A DNA stretch of 44,293 bases from Agathobacter sp. GTDB lineage: Bacteria; Bacillota_I; Bacilli_A; RF39; UBA660. Within the stretch, counting starts at the first letter, position 1, and the number at the start of each line of letters is the position of its first letter. Both the position numbers and the translations under genes were made by a program. The notes beneath the pieces were generated by a model. That model saw only the letters and a program-made list of their open reading frames with translations, was not told the origin of the DNA and made no database searches. The stretch is taken from NCBI GenBank assembly GCA_963628465.1, contig CAVGEW010000003.1:10634-54926 (forward strand), in the 5' to 3' direction. Below, piece by piece: positions 34,314 to 43,322 of this stretch.

Positions 34314-36848
34314 TTAATCTAATTCATCTTCTTTGTTATTATCTGTATTTGGTACCACAATATCTTCAACGTTAGAATCTATACTAGTGTTTACCTTTAT
34401 TTCTAGACCATCACTCATATTTGCTGAAAATAGAGAATAAGCTGATTTTATAACATAAGCTGTTGTACTTGTAGATATATTAGTGACTGTAAAAGTTGTA
34501 TTATCAGTTCTTCCAAGATAGGTAAGTTTACCATCATTTGTTTTTTGATAAATATTATATCCTAAAGAGCCAATATAACTATTGTTATAAGCAATTCTTT
34601 GTTCGTAATATTTACTCGCAGATGTATCAAAATATTTATTGAAATATTCTTGTAAGTAACTTGTACTTATAGCGTCAGGGGTTGATATTCCTGTCCATTT
34701 TAATTTTATTTGGGTACCATTATTTGTATAACTTCCATTTGTTGGACTCTTTAATTTATCAAATCTTGATGAAATTTCCGTAGGTTCTGTTCCTTCTTTA
34801 AAGATTTCTGTCATTCTTAAATCGCTTGGAGTATATTCTGATGCAAGCATCGTAGGGATAGTTTCCTTTTCAACTTCAACTTCGACTATGCCACTTGGTT
34901 TAGTAAAGGTTTTATTTTTACTATAAACTCTAGAACCCACTGCTTTCATAACTGCATTTCTGACTCTTCCCCCGATTGTAGCATTTAAGTAGTGTTCAGA
35001 GTTATTAACATCATAACCAATCCATAGTGCTATAGCATATTCAGAAGAGTAGGTAATGTTCCAAGCATCACGAGTAGATGAGGTAGGAATACCTAGTTTT
35101 TCTGTGGTGGCTTTATCAAGGTTAGTTGTACCAGATTTAGCGGCGATTTGCGTACCGCTTACAGATACACCTCCGACACCTCTTTGCGCTGCGGTTATAA
35201 GAATATCGGTAATCATATAAGCAGTTTCTTCACTCATTACTTTTACTCTTTCACTTTTCTTAGTATATACTTTGCCAGTATCTATGATAGTAGCTTCCGT
35301 ATAAGAATATGGTTTTATGTAATATCCTCCGCGACCAAAAGCTGCGTAAGCTGCCGACATCTCTATTGGGCTAACGCCATCAAAACCACCAATAGCAGCA
35401 GATTCATATAATTCATCACCATAGTCAATACCTAAGCTTTTAACAAAGTTTTTAATGTAATCAGGATTTTCTTTGTAAACAGCTTGGAAAGCCCTAAGAG
35501 CAGGAATATTTCTTGAAGCGGCAAGAGCATCTCGCATTGTCATAAGGCCGTTATATTTGCCATCAGCATTTTTAATAGCGGTTCCATTTGAATAAGTCGT
35601 AGCTTCATCTAGGAATAGGGAAGCAGGGGAACCATTTAGGTATTCAATGTAAGGACCATAGTCAAATAATATCTTGGCTGTTGAACCCGGTTGTCTTTTG
35701 GTTGTAGCTCTGTTTGTTCCTCTAGCTCCATAATTTCGACCACCTGATATGGCTGCGATACCACCAGTTTCCATATCGGTTATTGCAATACCTTCTTGCA
35801 TGTATTCGTTCGGAAATTCATAAATTTCGCCTTTTTCTAGCTTATTTAAAACATCTTGAGCGTCTTTATCAATTGTAGTAATAACTTTCATTGGTATTTC
35901 TCTTAAGTCATAACCAGTATCTTCTTTTACTTCATCAATAACGTAGTCAATAGCGGCACGACTTTCTCCACTTGATGTACTTTCTTTTTTTATTAGTAAA
36001 CTTTCAATTGGTATGTCAAGTACAGCTTCTTTTTCTTCCTCAGTGATATAACCATGATTAACCATTAATGTTAAAACTGTTTTTTGACGTTTTTTTAAAT
36101 TATCTGGGTGAGTGTATGGGTTATAATAATTGGGATTTTGAAACATACCAGCGATGATAGAAGCTTCCGCAAGTGATATATCCGAAACGGATTTACCAAA
36201 GAAGTTTTGACAAGCTTGTTCAACTCCCGCAAAGCCTGAGTTGTTAAGGGACCCTGTTGAACCAAACCATTGGCTATTTACATAAAACTCAATTATTTCT
36301 TCTTTTGTATAACTACTTTCTATTTTAAATACGGCCATATAAATATCTTGAAACTTACGAATAATACCTTTAAGACCATGAGTAGCCTTATTAGAATATA
36401 CTTGTTTTGCCACTTGCATTGTCAAAGTTGAAGCTCCACCTGCCGCATCATTTCCCATAAGTTGACCAAGAGAAGCTTTCGCAAATCTAGCAACATCTAA
36501 ACCACTATGTTGGAAAAATCTTGAATCTTCCGTAGCCACTATCGCATCAATTAAAACTTCAGGTAGTTCATCATAATTGACTAAAACTCTATCATATTGA
36601 CCAAGTCTTGCTAGTTCTGTTTTACCATCACTATAGTAAAGAACACTTGATTCTTTTGAGTAAAGCTTTTCTTTGTCAAAAGCTGGTGATGATATAATTA
36701 TATAAAGGGCAAAAACAAGTAATATTGATATAACAGCAATACCAGCCATTAAAACAATAGATAATATAGTTTCTTTGCTTTTTACTTTCTTATTTCCTTT
36801 ACTTTTTTTAGTCTTTAAATTATTTTTCTTTACTTTAATCTTTTTCAT
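34314..36848 (-). CDS. ponA: Bifunctional class A penicillin-binding protein 1A (glycosyltransferase + transpeptidase)
   Basis: N-terminal TM. GT51 motif EDSRFFQHSGLD. Transpeptidase motifs GSTAK (SxxK), SRN and KSGTT. It lies directly downstream of recU, as in Bacillus. Confidence 0.92.
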   Translation of the reverse strand: MKKIKVKKNNLKTKKSKGNKKVKSKETILSIVLMAGIAVISILLVFALYIIISSPAFDKEKLYSKESSVLYYSDGKTELARLGQYDRVLVNYDELPEVLIDAIVATEDSRFFQHSGLDVARFAKASLGQLMGNDAAGGASTLTMQVAKQVYSNKATHGLKGIIRKFQDIYMAVFKIESSYTKEEIIEFYVNSQWFGSTGSLNNSGFAGVEQACQNFFGKSVSDISLAEASIIAGMFQNPNYYNPYTHPDNLKKRQKTVLTLMVNHGYITEEEKEAVLDIPIESLLIKKESTSSGESRAAIDYVIDEVKEDTGYDLREIPMKVITTIDKDAQDVLNKLEKGEIYEFPNEYMQEGIAITDMETGGIAAISGGRNYGARGTNRATTKRQPGSTAKILFDYGPYIEYLNGSPASLFLDEATTYSNGTAIKNADGKYNGLMTMRDALAASRNIPALRAFQAVYKENPDYIKNFVKSLGIDYGDELYESAAIGGFDGVSPIEMSAAYAAFGRGGYYIKPYSYTEATIIDTGKVYTKKSERVKVMSEETAYMITDILITAAQRGVGGVSVSGTQIAAKSGTTNLDKATTEKLGIPTSSTRDAWNITYSSEYAIALWIGYDVNNSEHYLNATIGGRVRNAVMKAVGSRVYSKNKTFTKPSGIVEVEVEKETIPTMLASEYTPSDLRMTEIFKEGTEPTEISSRFDKLKSPTNGSYTNNGTQIKLKWTGISTPDAISTSYLQEYFNKYFDTSASKYYEQRIAYNNSYIGSLGYNIYQKTNDGKLTYLGRTDNTTFTVTNISTSTTAYVIKSAYSLFSANMSDGLEIKVNTSIDSNVEDIVVPNTDNNKEDELD

Positions 36849-36850
36849 AC

Positions 36851-37390
36851 TTATTCTCCTAACTTACTTAGATAATCTAAACCTCTAAGGGTCAATTTAA
36901 TTTCTATGCCTTCTTTTTCTATATAATCATAAGGAATACTTTTTCTTTGAAAACTATCTATAAAATCTAAAAGAGTATTTCCTTTTAATATAAAATATTT
37001 ATTATTCATACTTATTATGAGAAAAACTATTCCGCCATGATTATATATATTCCTTATATGTTTTAATTGATGATTATGAATATTACTTATTGGAAAAGAA
37101 GTCTTATTATTTGTTTCTTTGGCATCAAATTCAATATATTTGCCTTTATAAATACCATTAAAATCTAATGTAGATTGAGTTTCATAAAAAGCATCTGTTA
37201 TTTTTATTCCGCCTTTATTAAAGGTAGTTTTAACTACTTTAATAGGGGTAGGCTTTTTATAAATATAGGCTATATCGTTATCTCTATAATAAATATTAGC
37301 TTGTTCAATTAAATATTCTAAATCCATACCTCTATTTTTATAAGAGACTTCTTTTTTATATGTATTTTTAATTCCTTTAGGATATAACAT
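36851..37390 (-). CDS. recU: Holliday junction resolvase RecU
   Basis: 179 aa; NRGMDLE..I...N.YY, DFNGIYKGKYIEFDAKET and conserved recU-ponA operon order. Confidence 0.88.
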   Translation of the reverse strand: MLYPKGIKNTYKKEVSYKNRGMDLEYLIEQANIYYRDNDIAYIYKKPTPIKVVKTTFNKGGIKITDAFYETQSTLDFNGIYKGKYIEFDAKETNNKTSFPISNIHNHQLKHIRNIYNHGGIVFLIISMNNKYFILKGNTLLDFIDSFQRKSIPYDYIEKEGIEIKLTLRGLDYLSKLGE

Positions 37391-37649
37391 TCAATCACCT
37401 TTACAAATTATACCACACTTTTAATCATTTTTGTAGTGCCTTATGTTATTTTGACATAAATAGACATTTTGAAAAAAATGATAAGTTTTGTCGAATATAA
37501 TGAAATTATTTTTTATTTGTTTTATTATATATTTGGTGATAGGATTATGCGTTTAGAATACTATATTAATATTATGATGGAAAGGCTAGATTTTGGTTCT
37601 TTAAATACATTGTTTTTAGATGTGGAAGAAATTAGTAGCTCTCAAGATA

Positions 37650-37678
37650 TTGACTAAAGTTAAAATTTGGGATATAAT
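37650..37678 (+). promoter_or_regulatory. Sigma-A promoter of gpsB
   Basis: TTGACT (37650-37655), a 17-nt spacer, then TATAAT (37673-37678). Confidence 0.55.
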
Positions 37679-37700
37679 TTTTTTGTTAGTGGGTGATATT

Positions 37701-38024
37701 ATGTATAGCGATCGATTATATTTGACTGCTCAAGAAATACTTGAGAAAGAATTTAAAGTTGATGCCAGGGGATATCGACCTCAAGAAGTTGATAAGTTTT
37801 TGGATATGGTTATCCGTGATTATACGGAATATGGTAATATTATCAAAAAGTTAGAAAAAGATGTAAAAGATTTAACTGATGATAATATTAAATTAAAGCA
37901 AGAAATTCGTAGACTTCAAGAAGTTGCTAGTACGAGCGAAGCGCCTTCGAGAAGTATTAATAATGTTGATTTATTAAAAAGAATAAGTCAACTTGAAAAA
38001 GTAGTTTATGGAAATAATGAATAA
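37701..38024 (+). CDS. gpsB: Cell-cycle protein GpsB (DivIVA-domain)
   Basis: LTAQEILEKEFKVDARGYRPQEVDKFLDMVIRDY plus a coiled coil. The track start at 37620 lies upstream of the promoter, so the ATG at 37701 is preferred. Confidence 0.85.
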   Translation: MYSDRLYLTAQEILEKEFKVDARGYRPQEVDKFLDMVIRDYTEYGNIIKKLEKDVKDLTDDNIKLKQEIRRLQEVASTSEAPSRSINNVDLLKRISQLEKVVYGNNE

Positions 38025-38372
38025 TCTAGTGGCAAATGCTGCATAAAATAGTTATGTAGAGGAAAGTCCATGCTCGCACAGACTGAGATGTCTGTAAGTG
38101 TTTGTGCTTAGGGAAAAAATAACCTAAGGTAGCGTAAGCTAACGGCTTCGAGGAAACCTTAAATGGTTTTATTAGATGTAAAAGTGCCAAAGAGACGAGC
38201 TGCATTGGAAACTTTGCAGGTGGAACGTGGTAAACCCCGCAAGCGAGAAACCCAAATTATGGTAGGGGAGTTTAAAATAGAGAAATGAATCTATTTTAGG
38301 TGCCTGTTGGTAAGATAAATATTTGCCTCTTTCTTAGGAAAGAACAGAACATGGCTTATTCAGGTTATTTAT
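38025..38372 (+). ncRNA. rnpB: RNase P RNA, bacterial type B
   Basis: GAGGAAAGTCCATGCTCGCAC (from 38059), GGAACGTGGTAAACCCCGCAAGCGAGAAACCCAAAT and ACAGAACATGGCTTAT (38344-38359) match the conserved Bacillus-type RNase P RNA core. It lies directly downstream of gpsB, as in B. subtilis. The ends are approximate, within about 10 nt. Confidence 0.88.
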
Positions 38373-38394
38373 TATAAAAAAGGAGTGAAAAGTT

Positions 38395-38868
38395 TTGAAC
38401 GAAATTGGTGAGGAGCTTCAGTATGCAAGGGAGTCATCAGGTGTAAGTTTAAATGAAGCAAGTAAAGACCTTGGTATAAAGGTAGAAATACTCGAAAATA
38501 TCGAAGATGGAAGGTCGGGAGCATTTAAGGATATATTTGAACTCAAAGAATATATTTCAAGTTATGCCAAATATTTAGGTTTAAATGAACAAGAGTTAAT
38601 AGATGAATTTAATGAGTATATGTTTGAATATACTTCTAAGATTCCTATTAAAGAGATTGAAAAGACTATTGAACTTAAAATAAAAGAAGAAAAGAAAGAT
38701 GATACGATATCATCACCTTATACAAGGCAACCTAAAAAATATAATAAATGGGTATATATTACCTTATATGCGTTTATATTTTTGCTTGTGTTGTGTGCTA
38801 TTATTTGGTCAGTTAAACAAGTTACAATAAATAGAAAAGTTACTGACACAATAAGTTATGGAAAGTAG
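38395..38868 (+). CDS. rodZ: RodZ-like helix-turn-helix membrane protein
   Basis: TTG start 10 nt after AAGGAG. N-terminal XRE-type HTH (LQYARESSGVSLNEASKDLGIKVEILENIEDG) and one TM (VYITLYAFIFLLVLCAIIW). It lies upstream of pgsA, as ymfM does in Bacillus. Confidence 0.7.
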   Translation: MNEIGEELQYARESSGVSLNEASKDLGIKVEILENIEDGRSGAFKDIFELKEYISSYAKYLGLNEQELIDEFNEYMFEYTSKIPIKEIEKTIELKIKEEKKDDTISSPYTRQPKKYNKWVYITLYAFIFLLVLCAIIWSVKQVTINRKVTDTISYGK

Positions 38869-38876
38869 AGTGTAGT

Positions 38877-39485
38877 ATGAATTTACCGAATAAAATAACA
38901 ATGGCTAGAATATTTTTGTCAATACTATTATTAGTTATGCTTTTGATGCCTTGGTATAGTTTAGGTGTGGAATTTCCTGTATATCAAGTTGCAACAGTTA
39001 ATGTTAATTTGAAATATATTTTAGCAGGTATTATCTTTTTGATAGCATCAACCTCTGATTTTATTGATGGTTATTTAGCTCGTAAGAATGATATGGTAAC
39101 AGATTTTGGCAAAGTTATGGACGCTATTGCGGATAAAATGCTTGTGAATGGAGTTTTAATAATTCTTGCTTATGATAGGTTAATATCTATTGTTATTCCT
39201 GTGGTTATCATAACTAGAGATATTGTTGTAGATTCTTGCAAAATGATTTCTGGACAAAATGGCAAAGTAGTTGCAGCTTCAATTTTGGGTAAGATAAAAA
39301 CAATTTGTATGATGAGTGGCTTAACTCTTACAATGTTTTACAATTTACCATTTGAGCTTATTGGATTTCCAGTATCTGACATTCTACTTATTGCAGCCGT
39401 AGTTCTTTCAGTTATCTCAGGTTCACAATATTTCTATGGTGTTAAAGATATATTATTTCCCGAAGAGAAGAAAAGTAAAAAATAA
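38877..39485 (+). CDS. pgsA: CDP-diacylglycerol--glycerol-3-phosphate 3-phosphatidyltransferase
   Basis: LPNKITMARI plus the exact CDP-alcohol phosphatidyltransferase signature DGYLARKNDMVTDFGKVMDAIAD (DGx2ARx8Gx3Dx3D). Confidence 0.9.
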   Translation: MNLPNKITMARIFLSILLLVMLLMPWYSLGVEFPVYQVATVNVNLKYILAGIIFLIASTSDFIDGYLARKNDMVTDFGKVMDAIADKMLVNGVLIILAYDRLISIVIPVVIITRDIVVDSCKMISGQNGKVVAASILGKIKTICMMSGLTLTMFYNLPFELIGFPVSDILLIAAVVLSVISGSQYFYGVKDILFPEEKKSKK

Positions 39486-39501
39486 ATATTTATAAACTAG
39501 G

Positions 39502-39534
39502 ACCCATTTGAGTTGAAACTTAAGTGGGTTTTTT
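39502..39534 (+). terminator. Intrinsic terminator after pgsA
   Basis: ACCCATTTGAG / CTTAAGTGGGT (two G-U pairs) with a 6-nt loop, followed by TTTTTT. Confidence 0.65.
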
Positions 39535-39552
39535 AGTGATTCCCTTGAAAAA

Positions 39553-39574
39553 ATCTTTTTTACGTAAAAAAGAT
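39553..39574. promoter_or_regulatory. Perfect 22-nt palindrome (candidate operator or hairpin)
   Basis: ATCTTTTTTAC|GTAAAAAAGAT, flanked by TCCC...GGGA. Confidence 0.3.
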
Positions 39575-39614
39575 GGGATATTTTAATTGAATAGAGTAAT
39601 ATTCAAAAATTTAT

Positions 39615-39642
39615 AGAACGAAAATTTTGATTTTTTCGTTCT
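39615..39642. other. 10-bp perfect stem-loop in the intergenic region
   Basis: AGAACGAAAA (39615-39624) / TTTTCGTTCT (39633-39642) with an 8-nt loop. Confidence 0.4.
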
Positions 39643-39739
39643 TCAAATATATTAAATTTTACTCTTTTTTACTGAATTTTGCGTAAATTACTAGTTTTTT
39701 TAAGATTAATACGTTATAATAAGAAAGAGGTGAAAAAAG

Positions 39740-40471
39740 TTGAAAGTTAAAAATTCTGAAGTGACATTTTGGTTCCAAAAAATAGCAAATCCTAAAGAAT
39801 ATGTAGAAGTTTTTAATGATAAATTAAATGAATTTTTTTATGAATTTACTGTTAAAGGAGTACCTGCTGATATTTCTGCTTTTATTCCTAGAATGTCATC
39901 AATTTCTAAATCTAGTCACAGTGTTATAGAAGTTTCACAGGTAAATGCTAAATTAAGAACAAATTTTGATAGTGATTATTTTAAAGATTATAAAAAATGC
40001 CTTGATTATGTTAAAGAAAGAGCATTAAAATTATATGAAGTATTAAACGAAAATAATATTAATTGCATATATACCGCATTATTTATGAACTTTGAAGAAA
40101 AAGATGAAAATGCAGTTTCAAAAATTCAGAAACAATTTCTAAAAGAAGAAATTAATGATTCAGTTGAAGAAATGGGAATAAGATATTCTCAAACCATTAA
40201 TGATAAATATTATAAAATAATAACCTATAATAATTCTTTTAATGTTCAACTTGAAAAAGTAATTGATGATAGTAATGGAGAAATTCTTCTTCCTTTAATA
40301 TCATTAAAAGAAGCATCTTCTATTGAAAACTATTTAAACTTTTCGATAGAAATTAATGATAAGTTATCTTTTAATGTCGTTTCAAATTATAAAACATCAA
40401 ATAATGAACTACAAGAAATATTTGCTTTAATGAATAATGAATTAGAAAAGGAACTTAAAAAAAATAATTAA
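39740..40471 (+). CDS. Hypothetical protein, gene 1 of an uncharacterised three-gene operon
   Basis: 243 aa with a TTG start 6 nt after AGAGGTGA. Soluble and Asn/Lys/Glu-rich. No motif recognised. Confidence 0.6.
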   Translation: MKVKNSEVTFWFQKIANPKEYVEVFNDKLNEFFYEFTVKGVPADISAFIPRMSSISKSSHSVIEVSQVNAKLRTNFDSDYFKDYKKCLDYVKERALKLYEVLNENNINCIYTALFMNFEEKDENAVSKIQKQFLKEEINDSVEEMGIRYSQTINDKYYKIITYNNSFNVQLEKVIDDSNGEILLPLISLKEASSIENYLNFSIEINDKLSFNVVSNYKTSNNELQEIFALMNNELEKELKKNN

Positions 40472-40484
40472 TCTGGGGGGAAAT

Positions 40485-40769
40485 ATGTATATAAACAATT
40501 TAGATTTACAAAATATTTATAATAATCAGCTTATTCCATATGTTGTTTCCGTTTCTGGTAACGTAAATAATAGTGGAATTTTTGGCGATTTAAATGATGT
40601 ATTTGAAAATTTATCGATTAGTGTAAAACCATTGAAAGATAGAGAGCGTATTTTTAGTATTGCAAGCGACTTTGTGCGGTTTGGAAATGAAGAAAATAAG
40701 ATATTAGATGAGTATATTAGTAGTATAAGTGTAGAAAGAAAGAATAATTTATTAGATTATTATGATTAA
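40485..40769 (+). CDS. Hypothetical protein, gene 2 of the three-gene operon
   Basis: 94 aa with a GGGGGG RBS, 13 nt after the gene 1 stop. No motif recognised. Confidence 0.55.
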   Translation: MYINNLDLQNIYNNQLIPYVVSVSGNVNNSGIFGDLNDVFENLSISVKPLKDRERIFSIASDFVRFGNEENKILDEYISSISVERKNNLLDYYD

Positions 40770-41352
40770 AGAATTAATAAAGTTTACAAGTGAATTATTT
40801 CCTTCAATTTCGCCATACACTAAAGAAAATGTAATACATGCTATAGAACAATTTGATTATGATAAACTTGAATGGTTTATGAATTATCCAATTAAAGAAT
40901 TATCTCAAGGCGATATTATTGGTGAAATTCCTTTTGTTTATTTTGATGATGATGGTAACGAAAGGGCTTTTGTACAACCAAGTATTATATTATCTAATAC
41001 TTGTGATGTTAGTAGAGATAAATATATTATAATAGCGCCATTATTTGAATATAATAACTTATATGATAAAAATGTTATAAAACTTATAAAATCTAATAAA
41101 TATTATGATAAAATGTGTTTTACTAATAGCAATATCGATGATTATTTTGTTGATTTTACAAGAGCTATTTCATTTAATAGAAAATTACTTTTAAAATTAT
41201 TAAGAAAAAAAACTAGTGTTAAATATTCTTTAAATTCATATGGGTATTATTTATTAATTATTAAATTATCCATTTACTTTATGAGACCAGAAGATATAGA
41301 CGTTAATGAATATAGAATTGATAAAACTAAGTTACCAGAACCAATTTGTTAA
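40762..41352 (+). CDS. Hypothetical protein, gene 3 of the three-gene operon
   Basis: 196 aa, overlapping gene 2 by 8 nt. It contains LSQGDIIGEIPFVYFDDDGNERAFVQPSIILSNTCDVSRDKYIIIAPLF, a beta-strand-rich pattern only vaguely reminiscent of SH3-like-barrel toxins such as MazF/PemK. Confidence 0.55.
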   Translation: MIKELIKFTSELFPSISPYTKENVIHAIEQFDYDKLEWFMNYPIKELSQGDIIGEIPFVYFDDDGNERAFVQPSIILSNTCDVSRDKYIIIAPLFEYNNLYDKNVIKLIKSNKYYDKMCFTNSNIDDYFVDFTRAISFNRKLLLKLLRKKTSVKYSLNSYGYYLLIIKLSIYFMRPEDIDVNEYRIDKTKLPEPIC

Positions 41353-41362
41353 TAATTTACAC

Positions 41363-41391
41363 AAAAACAGGTGATAAACCTGTTTTTGCTT
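41363..41391 (+). terminator. Intrinsic terminator after the three-gene operon
   Basis: AAAAACAGGT (41363-41372) / ACCTGTTTTT (41378-41387) with a 5-nt loop; the T-rich tail continues. Confidence 0.8.
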
Positions 41392-41441
41392 TTAATTTTT
41401 ACAAATATAGTCTATAATATTGTTGCGGAAGGAAGTAAAAC

Positions 41442-42311
41442 ATGAAAAAAATAAAAAACATCATTAAACTTATACGCTACAAACATTGGTTAAAAAATTT
41501 TCTTGTTTTTTTCCCAATATTTTTTAATTTGCAATTTTTTGAAATTGATAGTTTTTTAAAAGTAGTAGTAGGATTTTTTTCTTTTTGTTTTATATCATCA
41601 TCTATCTACATAATAAACGATATTAGGGATTGTGAAAAAGATAAATTACATGAAGTGAAAAAAAATCGCCCGATAGCAGCTGGATTAATTTCAAGAAAAG
41701 AAGCATTTTTTATTTCAATGGCACTCACAATTGTGAGTGTATCACTAAATACTTTAGTGATACATAATATATATTCTTTATTATTAATTTTATTATATTA
41801 TTTTTTAAATATTTTATATTCTTTTGGTTTGAAAAATGTTCCCATAATTGATGTAATAATATTGGTTTCTGGTTTTGTAATTAGAGTTATTTATGGGGCT
41901 AGTATTTTATCTATAAATATTTCTAATTGGTTATATTTGACTATTATGTCTGGTTCGTTTTTTATGGGATTCGGAAAAAGAAGAAATGAAATTATAAAAC
42001 AAGGAAGCAATTCACGAAAAGTGTTATCATATTATACTCGGGAATATTTAGACAAATTTATGTATGTATGTTTGATTTTAACACTTATGTTTTACTCATT
42101 GTGGTCGATTGATACTTTAACAACAGAAAGATTTGGTGATTATATGATATATACCATTCCTTTGGTATTAGTCATATTTATGAAATATTGTTTAGATATT
42201 GAAGGCGATTCCTATGGTGATCCGGTTGATATTATAACATCGGATAAAATATTAATGGGATTAATATTGTTGTTGGGATTAACTATGATATTCTTAATAT
42301 ATGTGTGGTAA
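41442..42311 (+). CDS. UbiA-family prenyltransferase, decaprenyl-phosphate phosphoribosyltransferase-like
   Basis: Polytopic. YIINDIRDCEKDKLHEVKKNRPIAAG matches the NDxxDxxxD..H..K..RP.A.G first Asp-rich motif of the DPPR-synthase (Rv3806c-like) subgroup. Confidence 0.75.
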   Translation: MKKIKNIIKLIRYKHWLKNFLVFFPIFFNLQFFEIDSFLKVVVGFFSFCFISSSIYIINDIRDCEKDKLHEVKKNRPIAAGLISRKEAFFISMALTIVSVSLNTLVIHNIYSLLLILLYYFLNILYSFGLKNVPIIDVIILVSGFVIRVIYGASILSINISNWLYLTIMSGSFFMGFGKRRNEIIKQGSNSRKVLSYYTREYLDKFMYVCLILTLMFYSLWSIDTLTTERFGDYMIYTIPLVLVIFMKYCLDIEGDSYGDPVDIITSDKILMGLILLLGLTMIFLIYVW

Positions 42312-42317
42312 GATAAC

Positions 42318-43322
42318 ATGAAAAAAATTGATGTATTAGATTTTGATAAGACTATTTATAAAAAGGATTCTTCGAAACAATTTTTCTTATTTTGTATAAC
42401 AAAAAAGTGGAGTTTAGTAAAATATTTGACTGGAATTATAATTAGTTTTCTGTTATATTTTCTTAGACTAATTTCAAAAGAAAGTTTAAAAGAATATTAC
42501 TTTAAATTTGTTAGAGAATTTGATGATATTGATAAAATTGTTGATTCTTTCTGGAAAATAAATAAAGATTATATTAATAATGATTTATTAAATGGCTGTA
42601 AAAACGATATTGTAGTTGTTTCTGCATCTCCTGAATTTTTGCTTAAAAATGTATGTAAAGAGCTTAAAATAAAAAAAGTTATAGCATCTAAAATTGATAA
42701 GAATACTGGTAAGTTTGAAATGAAAAATTGCTATGGAGAGGAAAAAGTCAATCGTATAAAAAAAGAATTGAATAATTTTGAGATTATTGACTTTTATTCT
42801 GATTCTTTAAGCGATGAACCATTGGCTAGAATATCAAAAAATCCTTATTTAGTCAAAAAAAATAAAATAGAAAAATGGAACTTTGATAATAAAAAAAACA
42901 ATGACTTAAGTGAAGTGATTAGATATTTAATTATTGGTGTTTTAACGATGGTAATAACATTAGGAACTTATTGCTTGTTAACGATATCAATATTAGATCC
43001 CCAAAATAAGCTTGAATTGCAAACAGCAAATTTTATTTCTTGGTTTATTGCAATGTTATTTTCCTACATTGCAAATAGAATATATGTTTTTAAAAGCCAA
43101 AGTTCAAATTTTATTAAAGAATTTTTAAATTTTATGGTATCTAGAATTTTAACTTTGTTTGTTGATATGTTTGGAATGTTTTTATTTGTGAGTGTACTTT
43201 TTGTAAATGACCGATTTTCTAAATGTTTTGTACAAGTATTAGTAGTTATTTTAAACTATATCATTAGTAAATTTATTGTATTTAGGAGGAAAAAAAATGA
43301 ATTATATAAAAAAAATATTTAA
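42318..43322 (+). CDS. Fusion protein: HAD-IB-like phosphatase domain plus GtrA-family membrane domain
   Basis: N-terminal HAD motif I DFDKT (aa 9-13) and later YSDSLSD. The C-terminal ~140 aa has 4 TM segments with the GtrA-like pattern RYLIIGVLTMVITLGTY...FISWFIAMLFSYIANRIYVF...VSRILTLFVDM...LNYIISKFIVF. Confidence 0.7.
   Translation: MKKIDVLDFDKTIYKKDSSKQFFLFCITKKWSLVKYLTGIIISFLLYFLRLISKESLKEYYFKFVREFDDIDKIVDSFWKINKDYINNDLLNGCKNDIVVVSASPEFLLKNVCKELKIKKVIASKIDKNTGKFEMKNCYGEEKVNRIKKELNNFEIIDFYSDSLSDEPLARISKNPYLVKKNKIEKWNFDNKKNNDLSEVIRYLIIGVLTMVITLGTYCLLTISILDPQNKLELQTANFISWFIAMLFSYIANRIYVFKSQSSNFIKEFLNFMVSRILTLFVDMFGMFLFVSVLFVNDRFSKCFVQVLVVILNYIISKFIVFRRKKNELYKKNI

Noticed and set aside
552-35411. 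Other short ORFs in the track that lie antisense to or inside strong genes: 552..851, 3797..4006, 7625..7852, 8539..8805, 11529..11732, 12343..12564, 12952..13170, 15049..15279, 15993..16361, 16469..16702, 17049..17234, 17483..17665, 18550..18852, 21333..21539, 23370..23558, 24236..24421, 24406..24615, 25333..25539, 25753..25935, 27258..27449, 31719..31976, 35148..35411
   Set aside because: They are shadow ORFs within conserved genes such as parE, parC, rnj, rpsP, proS and ponA. Their composition is low-complexity or hydrophobic, as expected from AT-rich antisense frames, and they have no RBS or family motifs.
37469-37657. 62-aa ORF between recU and gpsB
   Set aside because: It has no RBS and an implausible composition (IIFYLFYYIF). 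It also contains the -35 box of the gpsB promoter, so it is most likely non-coding.
37620-37700. N-terminal 27-codon extension of gpsB given in the ORF track
   Set aside because: The extension begins upstream of the TTGACT-17-TATAAT promoter and is not GpsB-like. The conserved GpsB sequence begins at the ATG at 37701.
40762-41352. Assigning gene 3 of the unknown operon as a MazF/PemK toxin
   Set aside because: The resemblance is limited to a GDI...hydrophobic-strand pattern. Length, spacing and the absence of a small upstream antitoxin of the usual type do not fit, so it stays as a weak structural hint.
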